From the NCBI GenBank assembly GCA_963665275.2, contig CAXXIN010000018.1:18300-82299 (forward strand): 64,000 nt of DNA, read 5' to 3'. The stretch is from Negativicutes bacterium. Lineage in GTDB: Bacteria > Bacillota > Negativicutes > UBA1444. Shown here piece after piece: positions 9,498 to 18,383 of this stretch. Within the stretch, counting starts at the first letter, position 1. Every line of letters starts with the position of its first letter. The notes beneath the pieces are model-generated. The model saw only the letters and a program-made list of their open reading frames with translations. It made no database searches and was not told where the DNA came from. Made by a program: the position numbers and the translations under genes.

Positions 9498-10808
9498 ATG
9501 ACTGAGTTGCCGGTAAAACAAGAATTGTATGTGGGGGATGATCCGGTAACCTGGGGTCGCCGCTGGAAGATGCTGTTCGCGTCAGTGTCCGGTTATGCGA
9601 TGGATGGTCTCGACATGCTCATCCTGTCCTTCGTGATGACGGCTATTCTAAAAGAGTTCAACCTCTCATTCGCCCAAGGCGGTCTTATTGCAACTTATAC
9701 TTTGATCGGAGCCGTAATCGGCGGTTATATTTTTGGTATCATGGCAGACTATTATGGCCGCGTGAAGATATTTTCGGCCACGATTATTCTCTTTTCGATT
9801 TTCACAGGCTTGTGCGCATTTGCCACCTCGGTCAATGAACTGAATATTTACCGTTTTCTCGCAGGACTGGGACTCGGCGGTGAATTCGGCATCGGCATGA
9901 CGCTAGTGGCGGAAACCTGGCCGGCTGAAAAACGGGCCCGCGCCACTGCCGGAGTGGCAATGGGCTGGCAGTTCGGCGTTGTGCTGGCTGCCTTGGTCGC
10001 GGCATTTGTGTTGCCCCTGTGGGGCTGGCGCGGCGCCTTCCTGGTCGGCGTTTTGCCGGCGCTGTTCGCTGTATGGTCACGTGTCGGCATCGCCGAATCG
10101 GACATCTGGGTCAACCGTAACGCATTCAAAAAATGCATGAAAGCGAAAATTGACGCCTGTGAAGTGCTGACACCCGAAGAACGCGCTGATTATGAAGAAT
10201 CGGCCAAGTTTCCGCTGTCACATCTTTTTACGGATAAGCGCAAAATTGTAACGACTATCGGACTGACGATCATGACCAGCGTCCAGAATTTTGGCTATTA
10301 TGGCATTATGATTTGGCTGCCGACGATTTTGATGCAAAAACACAATCTTACGCTGAATAAAACAACCGGCTGGATGGTGGCGACGGTTATCGGTATGATT
10401 ATCGGCATATATGTGTTCGGCTATTTTGCTGACCGCATGGGCCGCCGTCCTGCCTATATCACTTTTTACATCTGCTCGGCTGCGATGGTATGGTTCTACT
10501 CCACTCTTAACGGCGAGATCGCATTGTTGATCGGCGGCGCGGTGCTTGGTTTCTTCTGCAACGGCATGATGGCCGGCTATGGAGCGCTGCTTTCGGAGCA
10601 TTACACTACGGATGCCCGTTCCACTGCACAAAACTTCATCTTCAATTCCGGACGTGCAGTAGGCGGTTTTGCGCCTGTGATTATCGGGATGCTGGCCACC
10701 CAGTATACGCTGAATGGGGCCCTGGCTATGTTGGCCTTTGTTTATCTGGCAGCTGCGGTGAATGTGTTCCTGTTGATCCCGGAAACAAAGGGATCGAAAT
10801 TAACCTGA
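9498..10808 (+). CDS. MFS transporter embedded in the pyr cluster
   Basis: 12-TM profile and MFS loop motif GRVKIF...GLGLGGEFG. AAGGAG lies 8 nt upstream of the ATG at 9498. Confidence 0.85.
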   Translation: MTELPVKQELYVGDDPVTWGRRWKMLFASVSGYAMDGLDMLILSFVMTAILKEFNLSFAQGGLIATYTLIGAVIGGYIFGIMADYYGRVKIFSATIILFSIFTGLCAFATSVNELNIYRFLAGLGLGGEFGIGMTLVAETWPAEKRARATAGVAMGWQFGVVLAALVAAFVLPLWGWRGAFLVGVLPALFAVWSRVGIAESDIWVNRNAFKKCMKAKIDACEVLTPEERADYEESAKFPLSHLFTDKRKIVTTIGLTIMTSVQNFGYYGIMIWLPTILMQKHNLTLNKTTGWMVATVIGMIIGIYVFGYFADRMGRRPAYITFYICSAAMVWFYSTLNGEIALLIGGAVLGFFCNGMMAGYGALLSEHYTTDARSTAQNFIFNSGRAVGGFAPVIIGMLATQYTLNGALAMLAFVYLAAAVNVFLLIPETKGSKLT

Positions 10809-10883
10809 TTGTTGATTGCAACAGATTGGGACAGTTTATGGATTGACAAGTTTGATACAGGTTGTTATTATAAGAGAAAATAT

Positions 10884-10982
10884 CCTTTAAACTGGTCCCG
10901 TGAGGCTGGTAAGGGGCGGCTTGAGTTCTATAGTTGGTTTGCGCCTTTTCTGCGTGCCTCACACGCGGGAAAGGCGTTTTTT
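10884..10982 (+). promoter_or_regulatory. PyrR-type transcription attenuator upstream of pyrK
   Basis: The hairpin CCTTTAAACTGGTCCCGTGAGGCTGGTAAGGGG resembles the PyrR binding loop (GUCCaGAGAGGCU). GTGAGGC (10900-10906) can alternatively pair with GCCTCAC (10956-10962). That second site lies inside a 15-bp terminator stem (10942-10976) followed by T6. Confidence 0.55.
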
Positions 10983-11029
10983 GTTGTCGATATGAGAAAT
11001 AGGAGAAGAAAGGAGCAACGCTTGAAAAT

Positions 11030-11800
11030 ATGGTAAAGATCATTGAACAGGCGGCGGTTGTCGAAAATACCTTGCTCGCACCCGGCGTATTCCGATTGGT
11101 GGTGAAGGCGCCAAAAATTGCAGAGCAGTGCGCTCCTGGACAATTCGTGATGCTGAGGGTGACCCCTCTCGCAGATCCTTTGCTCAGGCGGCCCATCAGT
11201 ATCGCAGGCGCCGATGCGCAGGAAGGAACTCTCACGTTGATTTGCCGGATCGTCGGGCACGGCACCGACCTCCTGTCTACGGTCAAAGTGGGTGAAATGC
11301 TGGATATCATGGGGCCCTTGGGACGGGGGTTCGACCTGAACTGCAAGCGACCACTGCTGGTAGGCGGAGGCATCGGCCTGGCGCCTTTGCTGTACGTGGC
11401 TGAGGCCTGTTGCCCCAATCCAGTTGAAGTATTGGCAGGCGGGCGCACTGACAGTGAGTTGTTTTGGACGAAGCTTTTTCAGGAGAGTTGTCAGGCGGTC
11501 CATGTGACAACTGATGATGGAAGTTTGGGAGTTTGCGGCACCTGTGTCGATGCGTTGCCGGAAGTGTTGAAGGCGGGCAACTTTGACAGGGTTATGACCT
11601 GCGGGCCGCGCCCCATGATGCAGAGGGTGGCTGCGGAGGCAGCAAAATTCGGCATTCAGACGCAGGTTTCCCTCGAAGAACACATGGCTTGCGGGTTGGG
11701 CGCCTGTCTTTCCTGCACCTGCGCCGCATCAGACGGCGGAGCACGTCAGGTGTGCAAAGATGGTCCCGTTTTCTGGTCGGAGGAGGTGGCGTGGGCATGA
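11030..11800 (+). CDS. pyrK: dihydroorotate dehydrogenase B electron-transfer subunit
   Basis: Flavoprotein reductase fold plus the C-terminal 2Fe-2S motif CGLGACLSCTC...VCKDGPVF. An ATGA overlap joins it to pyrD. Confidence 0.9.
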   Translation: MVKIIEQAAVVENTLLAPGVFRLVVKAPKIAEQCAPGQFVMLRVTPLADPLLRRPISIAGADAQEGTLTLICRIVGHGTDLLSTVKVGEMLDIMGPLGRGFDLNCKRPLLVGGGIGLAPLLYVAEACCPNPVEVLAGGRTDSELFWTKLFQESCQAVHVTTDDGSLGVCGTCVDALPEVLKAGNFDRVMTCGPRPMMQRVAAEAAKFGIQTQVSLEEHMACGLGACLSCTCAASDGGARQVCKDGPVFWSEEVAWA

Positions 11801-12714
11801 GTGATGCGTTAGGAATCAATCTGGCTGGCATCAAAATGCGGACGCCGCTGCTGTCCGCTTCAGGAACTTTTGGTTTTGGCGAAGATTTTGCGGACTTCCT
11901 TGATTTTGAACAAGTCGGCGCCTTTGTGGTAAAGGGGTTGACGCGAGAACCTCGCCGCGGAAATGCAGGTCGGCGTATCGCTGAAACTCCGGCCGGAATG
12001 TTGAATTGCATCGGACTGCAGAACCCTGGAATTGAGAAGTTCCTGCAGGAAATTTTACCCCGGATCAAGCAATATGATGTTCCGGTCATTGCGAATATCA
12101 ATGGTAATGTGGTTGAGGACTACGCTTATCTGGCGGAAGCTCTAGACCAAAGCGGTGTTGCCGGTATCGAAGTGAATATCTCCTGCCCCAATACCAAGCA
12201 CGGCTGCATGGCTTTCGGCGTTGTGCCGGAAACCGCAGCGGCCGTGACTGAGGCGGTTAAAGCCAAAACCAGTCTACCTGTGATCGTTAAACTCTCGCCC
12301 AATGTCACGGATATTACTGTGATTGCCAAAGCAGTAGAAGCGGCAGGCGCCGATGCGGTTTCCCTCATCAATACACTCGTCGGCATGGCAATTGATACCA
12401 AAACCTGGCGTCCGGTGCTGGGGAACGTGGTGGGCGGATTATCCGGTCCGGCTGTAAAACCGGTTGCTCTGCGCATGGTGTGGCAAACAGCGCAGGCGGT
12501 CCAAATTCCCGTTATCGGCATGGGCGGCATTGCCAGCGCGCTGGATGCCGTAGAGTTTTTCCTCGCAGGAGCCCAGGCGGTGGCAATTGGAACGACTAAT
12601 TTTGTCAATCCGAGCGCGATGAACGACATCGCAACAGACTTGGCAGCCTATCTGGAGTCCAGGGGACTGAACCATGTTAGCCAACTCATCGGTCAAATCA
12701 GGAAGGAAGGGTGA
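11797..12714 (+). CDS. pyrD: dihydroorotate dehydrogenase B catalytic subunit
   Basis: Translation MSDALGINLAGIKMRTPLLSASGTFGFG with NISCPNTKHG. The start ATG at 11797 overlaps the pyrK stop; the ORF-track start at 11689 is too long. Confidence 0.9.
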   Translation: MSDALGINLAGIKMRTPLLSASGTFGFGEDFADFLDFEQVGAFVVKGLTREPRRGNAGRRIAETPAGMLNCIGLQNPGIEKFLQEILPRIKQYDVPVIANINGNVVEDYAYLAEALDQSGVAGIEVNISCPNTKHGCMAFGVVPETAAAVTEAVKAKTSLPVIVKLSPNVTDITVIAKAVEAAGADAVSLINTLVGMAIDTKTWRPVLGNVVGGLSGPAVKPVALRMVWQTAQAVQIPVIGMGGIASALDAVEFFLAGAQAVAIGTTNFVNPSAMNDIATDLAAYLESRGLNHVSQLIGQIRKEG

Positions 12715-12720
12715 TATCTC

Positions 12721-13434
12721 ATGAACAATGCGGAACGATTGATTGTAGCACTGGACATGCCCACAACGGAACAGGTGATGAAAGCGGTCGACACATTGGG
12801 GGATGCCGTCAGCTATTACAAAATCGGCATGGAGTCGTTCTATGGAATGGGGCATACAGTGCTGGCCCAAATGGCTAGCCGCAACAAACGGATTTTTCTC
12901 GATCTGAAACTGCACGACATCCCTAATACAGTAGCGCGCAGTGTCAAAGCCCTGTGTCAGTTTTCACCGGCTATGACGACTCTGCATGCCGCCGGTGGGC
13001 CGGCGATGTTGAAAGCGGCCGTTGAAGCAGCGAATGAGTGGTCTGCGCAGGCCAACCGCCCCCGTCCCAAACTGGTCGCGATCACGGTGCTTACCAGTCT
13101 GGGTGAACAGGATTGGGCCTCTATGGGGCATCAGAAAAATATCCGGGAGTCTGTGTTGCGATTGTCGATGATGTGTCGTGAGGCCGGAATCGACGGCGTT
13201 GTGGCTTCGCCGCAGGAGGCCGCATCCATTAGGGCTTTATGTGGCAGCGATTTTCTCATTGTGACACCGGGCATCCGACCACTGAACCAAGAGCATGGTG
13301 ATCAGACCCGCACCGCGACGCCGGCTGAGGCGCTGAAGGCTGGATCTGATTATTTGGTTGTGGGTCGTCCGATTCTGGCCGCCGCCAATCCCAAGGCCGC
13401 CGTCCAGGCGATATTGCAAGAGATGGGAAGTTGA
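12721..13434 (+). CDS. pyrF: orotidine-5'-phosphate decarboxylase
   Basis: Motifs LIVALDMP and FLDLKLHDIPNT; 237 aa. Confidence 0.9.
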   Translation: MNNAERLIVALDMPTTEQVMKAVDTLGDAVSYYKIGMESFYGMGHTVLAQMASRNKRIFLDLKLHDIPNTVARSVKALCQFSPAMTTLHAAGGPAMLKAAVEAANEWSAQANRPRPKLVAITVLTSLGEQDWASMGHQKNIRESVLRLSMMCREAGIDGVVASPQEAASIRALCGSDFLIVTPGIRPLNQEHGDQTRTATPAEALKAGSDYLVVGRPILAAANPKAAVQAILQEMGS

Positions 13435-13460
13435 CACCCTGACAACCGTTAGTGACATGA

Positions 13461-13515
13461 CAAGAGCCTCCTGGGTAGAAGTTTGCTTTCTACATAAGAG
13501 GCTCTTGCGCTTTTT
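13461..13515 (+). terminator. intrinsic terminator after pyrF
   Basis: Outer stem CAAGAGCCTC/GAGGCTCTTG with inner stem GTAGAA/TTCTAC, followed by CGCTTTTT. Confidence 0.65.
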
Positions 13516-13532
13516 AAAGAGTTGTTAAAGGA

Positions 13533-13868
13533 TTACCATTTGCCCTTTTTCATGTGGTTCTCCAACTCGGCTTTTGAATTTTGTTTCATAGCATAGGCTT
13601 CACCGATCGCTTTTGTGAATCCCAAAACACAGTTAGGGTCGAGATTCAGCACGTTGCCTTCTTTGGCCAGTTTGACAATCTGCTCTGCCAACTCAATGAT
13701 TTCCATATGGATGTCATTGGTTCTTTCAGATTTGTAAACCAAAGCCGCAGCTTCCGCACTCAATTCAACGAAATTTTCCTGCGCCTGTCCGCATTTGGGA
13801 CATTTTTCCGGAGCCTGTTCCCCTTCGTAAACTAGGTTACAAACACTGCATTTAAATAGTTTTTTCAT
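13533..13868 (-). CDS. small rubredoxin-type zinc-ribbon protein with a helical C-terminal domain
   Basis: The N-terminus carries CSVC...x12...CPKCG, followed by a helical 80-aa tail. An RBS-like GGAGATGGG lies upstream. Confidence 0.5.
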   Translation of the reverse strand: MKKLFKCSVCNLVYEGEQAPEKCPKCGQAQENFVELSAEAAALVYKSERTNDIHMEIIELAEQIVKLAKEGNVLNLDPNCVLGFTKAIGEAYAMKQNSKAELENHMKKGKW

Positions 13869-14442
13869 TGTTCACCCATCTCCTTTAAACAACTATATTT
13901 CTCTATTAATAAATTCGCGCTGAAATATAAAAATCCTTTTGAATTATGAAAAATATGTTACCGATCACGAATTGTCTGCAACAAAGCGCGGGTAGCGCAT
14001 TATGTCCCGGATCACGGGTGTTTGGCCAAGAATTTCATATCCGGACGGTAATTTGCTTTCCCGTCGATCGGTGATGGCGACGACTCCGGTTCCGGCAGCA
14101 ATCTGCCTGTAAATATTGGGATGGTGGCGGCATGCATGCAGCTGGACATCGCGATAGGTTCGGCTCGGGGAACATATCCAGCAGTCGGGATTGGCGACGG
14201 CCCAGATTGCTGAGAACATGATGAAATATGCGTACGAAGAGTTCGCTGACCAAGAGTTCTTCTGGCGTTTCGCACACACGGTCCTTTAATCGAATAATGA
14301 CCTTGTGATCAACAATTTTGCTCGAAATTATATTCATTCTAGTTGCACCTCTCTTTTAATGGTGATGCTATCCGACAAGAATGATAATTAGACACAATAT
14401 TATGGATACCTGTCTGGTTGATATGTATATTTTTGAAAATTA

Positions 14443-14501
14443 TTGCTAGACAACAAACAGCACTCCCAATTAAAACGGGAGTGCTGTTTGTTGTCTAGCA
14501 A
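14443..14501. repeat. perfect 25-bp inverted repeat (hairpin/terminator)
   Basis: TTGCTAGACAACAAACAGCACTCCC - 9-nt loop - GGGAGTGCTGTTTGTTGTCTAGCAA, located just downstream of the - strand operon that ends at 14523. Confidence 0.8.
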
Positions 14502-14522
14502 TTCTGATGTCTGCTTTACCTT

Positions 14523-15002
14523 TTAGATGACACCTTCGAACTTGAGCAAAAACTGTGCAACAATCGCGGCGCAGATGAAAGTGCCTGTGTAAACCGAAAG
14601 GGCTACGACGACGATGCGCCACGACATCATTTTGAATTTATCGAGGTCTTTGCCGAAAGACAGACCGGCGAAGGCCAAAATCGGAGTCGCCAGAGCCAAA
14701 AAGTCAACTTTTCCTGTATAATAGCCGATTTCTTTGGCCCAGGGAGAAACTTGCGGCACGGTTGACAGGGTGGCCAAAATGGAGACCCAGAATACCATGG
14801 GAAATTTGCCTGGGATATATTTGGAGCAAGCGATGCCGAGCAGCGCGATGGCGAACATGATCCCGTATCCAGTTGCGGCTTCCGCGATGAACTGACCATA
14901 GCTCATGTTTTTTCCCAGGGCTTCTTTGTAACCGACCGTATTGCCAATCACTGCGATTACGCCCATGACGAGGAGTATGGCAATTGCTTCAGACCATTTC
15001 AT
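14523..15002 (-). CDS. small integral membrane protein, partner of the DUF3100 protein
   Basis: 159 aa with 4-5 predicted TM helices. It starts 2 nt after the stop of the upstream gene. Confidence 0.6.
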   Translation of the reverse strand: MKWSEAIAILLVMGVIAVIGNTVGYKEALGKNMSYGQFIAEAATGYGIMFAIALLGIACSKYIPGKFPMVFWVSILATLSTVPQVSPWAKEIGYYTGKVDFLALATPILAFAGLSFGKDLDKFKMMSWRIVVVALSVYTGTFICAAIVAQFLLKFEGVI

Positions 15003-15004
15003 GC

Positions 15005-15817
15005 TTACTTACCCCCTTCAAGACGTTTGCGCTGGGCAACGCCGATAATTGGCGATAACTTGTTATAGAGGAATACGGTGACCGGCAGCGAGATAAACAA
15101 GGCGAAATAGACGCCAATGATGGAAGTCAGCAGGTTGCTGGCGCCCGCATACATCAGAATGTCTTTGGCCATGCTTGGCACGGCGGCGGCGATAGCGCCT
15201 GAAGAAGCGGCCATCATGCTGCCGGAGCCTACCCCGGCGCCCATGGCTAGGGCGTAGGGATGGATAATGTTCAGCGAAGCGACGAATCCGGCGACAAAGC
15301 CGAGCCAGATTGCGCCGAAGAGGGTACCGCAGATATAGACCGCCATGACGCCGCGGCCCTCGGGCGAATCGAGGCCATATTTTTCAGCAATGATCGCAAT
15401 GTTGGGCTCGCGGTCGATGGAATAAGTTGCGCCGATGGTTTCACGGCCCAGTCCCAGCATTAGAGCGATCGGCAATCCGAAGAGTATGGTACCAATAAAG
15501 TGACCGAGTTCTTGAAAGCAAAGGGCCAACCCGGACTGCATCAATTTGACCAGGTTGGGGCCCATGAGAACACCCAGCTTGGCGATCAGCATCAACGTGG
15601 CGAGACCAAGGCATTTGGCCGAGATGTTCATTTCCGGAATGGTCAATGCTTTTAGTTTAGGCAAGCTGATAACAGCGCCGATGATCATGGCGTAAAGCAT
15701 CGGCAGGAACAAGAGAACGCCAGGACCGAGTGTCAATTTTTTCGTACCGATCATTTCACAGACGACAACAATGATGAGAGCAAGTGTGTGAACTTTCCAG
15801 GACTTCAGAATTTCCAA
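15005..15817 (-). CDS. DUF3100-family integral membrane protein (putative transporter)
   Basis: 270 aa, polytopic. The N-terminus KVHTLALIIVVVCEMIGTKKLTLGPGVLLFLPMLYAMIIG is typical of DUF3100. Confidence 0.65.
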   Translation of the reverse strand: MEILKSWKVHTLALIIVVVCEMIGTKKLTLGPGVLLFLPMLYAMIIGAVISLPKLKALTIPEMNISAKCLGLATLMLIAKLGVLMGPNLVKLMQSGLALCFQELGHFIGTILFGLPIALMLGLGRETIGATYSIDREPNIAIIAEKYGLDSPEGRGVMAVYICGTLFGAIWLGFVAGFVASLNIIHPYALAMGAGVGSGSMMAASSGAIAAAVPSMAKDILMYAGASNLLTSIIGVYFALFISLPVTVFLYNKLSPIIGVAQRKRLEGGK

Positions 15818-15872
15818 GAATAATTGCCTCCTTTTTTATGGGATTATATGCACTAATTTGGGAGCAAGATGA

Positions 15873-17180
15873 TCAACTGAAGTATTTGTCGAGCAGGGCC
15901 AGATACTCGGTCTTGGACAGGATCGGTTTGAAGTTTGCTTTGATTTCTTTGGCTTTGGCTGCCTGGTCTGCAAGCAAATCAATGACAGTCATGGCTAGCA
16001 ATTTGGCGGGGACGACACAGGCTGCAACATAGTCGGAGGCTTTGAACTCCTTGGTGTGGTGATTGCCGCAGGTGCCGCCGGTAAAGGGGTGCAGAGAGGG
16101 GATGATGTGCGAAATATCGCCCATGTCTGTTGAACCGCCAAAATGTCCCGATTTGATAATCTTATCAGCCGGCATTAATTGAGCGGCGTTGGCGCCGAAC
16201 AGCTCACTTAAATCTTGACAGGCGGTAATTGGCAGATATCCGGGGATCGTATGAATGATTGTTTCGGCGCCTACAGCATCGCCGCCCGCCCGAATCGCCC
16301 GTGTCACCTTGGCATAGGTGGCGTCGATGGCAGCCATTGTTTTGGCTCTCACGTATGTCTCCATCCGAACATCCGCCGGAACGATGTTGACCAGATCGCC
16401 CCCTTTGGTGATAATCGGGTGGACGCGAACAATGTCCTGTTCACGGAAAGTTTCTCGCAAGGCATGTACGCCCATCATTCCCAGCATGGCTGCATTCAGT
16501 GCGTTGATCCCCTGATCCGGCGCACCCGCGGCATGCGCTTCCTTGCCGACGTACTGAATCGTCATACCCACGAAACCATTACTGGATTCTGATAAGTTAA
16601 CCGAGGGTTCGGGCGAATCTTTGTCGGCGTGAACCATCATGGCTATGTCCACATCGTCGAATTCGCCGCGATAGACAAGTTCCTGTTTACCGCCGAGATA
16701 ACGGATTTTTCCCTGATCGCGCAGTTGCTGACGGAACGCGATTTCTACGTATTCTTCCGCCGGAACTGCCATGAAACTGACATTACCGCCCAGCTCGTCG
16801 GCGACTCCGGCGAGTTTCAGCCCCAGCGCTGCACCGAGCATCGCGCCGATTTGCAGATTATGACCACAGGCATGAGCTGCTCCTGTCTGCGGATCGGCAT
16901 TCGGACTATCGGGGCAGGTAACGGCGTCAAGTTCACCGAGGATTGCCACATTTGGCCCCACGGCGCCGTGTTTGAGTGAAGTTTTGATGCCGGTGACGGC
17001 TAGCCCTTCACGACAGGAATACCCTAAGTCCGACAGGAACTTTGCTACGGCAGCCGCAGTTTTAAATTCCTTGTAGCCTAATTCCGGGTATTTTTCGGCT
17101 TCGCGGACGAAATCCACGATTTGCGCCGAGTGTTCGTCAATACTTTGACAAACGCGATTTTTAATTTCTTGCACGTCCAA
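15873..17180 (-). CDS. M20-family amidohydrolase/peptidase
   Basis: Metal-binding motif AHACGHNLQIG and an M20 dimerisation-domain pattern. The probable TTG start at 17180 follows AAGGAGG; the ORF track extends to 17276. Confidence 0.8.
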   Translation of the reverse strand: MDVQEIKNRVCQSIDEHSAQIVDFVREAEKYPELGYKEFKTAAAVAKFLSDLGYSCREGLAVTGIKTSLKHGAVGPNVAILGELDAVTCPDSPNADPQTGAAHACGHNLQIGAMLGAALGLKLAGVADELGGNVSFMAVPAEEYVEIAFRQQLRDQGKIRYLGGKQELVYRGEFDDVDIAMMVHADKDSPEPSVNLSESSNGFVGMTIQYVGKEAHAAGAPDQGINALNAAMLGMMGVHALRETFREQDIVRVHPIITKGGDLVNIVPADVRMETYVRAKTMAAIDATYAKVTRAIRAGGDAVGAETIIHTIPGYLPITACQDLSELFGANAAQLMPADKIIKSGHFGGSTDMGDISHIIPSLHPFTGGTCGNHHTKEFKASDYVAACVVPAKLLAMTVIDLLADQAAKAKEIKANFKPILSKTEYLALLDKYFS

Positions 17181-17361
17181 CAGGCATCGACCTCCTTCTT
17201 TGTCTTCCAAAGTGACTAAATTCGTGCAAACGTTGGCGAAATCCTCTTTGACAGGTAAAAAAATAGAGCGTAACATAGTATTAGATGCAAATTAATCATT
17301 ACCTGTCCAAAAGCTTAAGATAGACCGCTTCGATACAATCTAAAGTCGGGAGGGGGATACT

Positions 17362-17595
17362 ATGCTTTGGTTTTTGATGATCGGTATTATTGCAGGTTGG
17401 TTGGCCGGGAAAATTACCGGGGGCGGCGGATTTGGCCTGATCGGTGATCTGGTTGTAGGGGTTATAGGTTCTTTTATAGGAGGTACCTTGTTCGGATACT
17501 TTGGGCTGAGCAATACCTACGGAACTGTTGGCGAAATTGGTGTGGCAACTGTCGGCGCGATTTTATTGCTTTGGATTGTGAGGCTTATCAGGTAG
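17362..17595 (+). CDS. GlsB/YeaQ/YmgE-family stress-response membrane protein
   Basis: 77 aa, IGIIAGWLAGKITGGGGFGLIGDLVVGVIGSFIGG (transglycosylase-associated family). Confidence 0.8.
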   Translation: MLWFLMIGIIAGWLAGKITGGGGFGLIGDLVVGVIGSFIGGTLFGYFGLSNTYGTVGEIGVATVGAILLLWIVRLIR

Positions 17596-17612
17596 CTTGG
17601 GGGGGATGACGT

Positions 17613-18182
17613 ATGAGAGTTAAAATAATTTCTAAGGTGCTGTGTTTTGTGTTGGCACTGACGATTTTGTGCATTCCGAGCGTCAGCGCGGCGACTTTTA
17701 TGGAAAAACGCCAGCATATTCGGGATATTTCCGAGACTACCCTGTTGAAACTATATAGTTTGCAGCCCAAAGCGAGAAGCTATGTGGAAAATGCGGCGGG
17801 ATACGCCGTTTTCGGCAACTGGGGCGTGAAGATTATTTTACTGGGTGGCGGTACAGGCAAAGGCATGGCTGTGAACAATCGCAACAACCATGAAACCTTC
17901 ATGGATATGATCGAAGGCACAGTAGGGTTCGGCCTCGGCGCCAAAACTTATAACGTTGTGTTTATCTTCGAAAATGAAAAAGCGCTGAATGATTTTACGG
18001 AAAATGGTTGGCAGATTGGTGGTCAGGTGACTGCGGCGGCCACGGACAGTGTCTCTGGCAGTTCTTATCAAGGAGCTTTTTCTGTTTCTCCGGGGGTATG
18101 GATGTATGAGATGACTGATAAGGGGCTCGCGCTTGAAATTACTCTTAAGGGAACCAAGTTTTCCAAGAATGACTTGAATTAA
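17613..18182 (+). CDS. secreted SYLF (Ysc84-like, DUF500) lipid-binding domain protein
   Basis: Signal peptide followed by AAGYAVFGNWGVKIILLGGGTGKGMAV...GWQIGGQVTAAA. Confidence 0.65.
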   Translation: MRVKIISKVLCFVLALTILCIPSVSAATFMEKRQHIRDISETTLLKLYSLQPKARSYVENAAGYAVFGNWGVKIILLGGGTGKGMAVNNRNNHETFMDMIEGTVGFGLGAKTYNVVFIFENEKALNDFTENGWQIGGQVTAAATDSVSGSSYQGAFSVSPGVWMYEMTDKGLALEITLKGTKFSKNDLN

Positions 18183-18383
18183 AAACTTCATGGCATATTA
18201 ACACTGCCCGCAATATCACTGGACTTGCAATATCTGCAGGAACAGTGATGTTTTTTGTTTGGCGCAGTCACATTCTCAAGGCTATTTCTGCAGGAACTAT
18301 TATGCGTTACGGCGAATTTGACAGAATATATTATCAATGTTTTGGAGTAGGGTCATCGCAAGAGGAATGGAGATGATTTCTGC

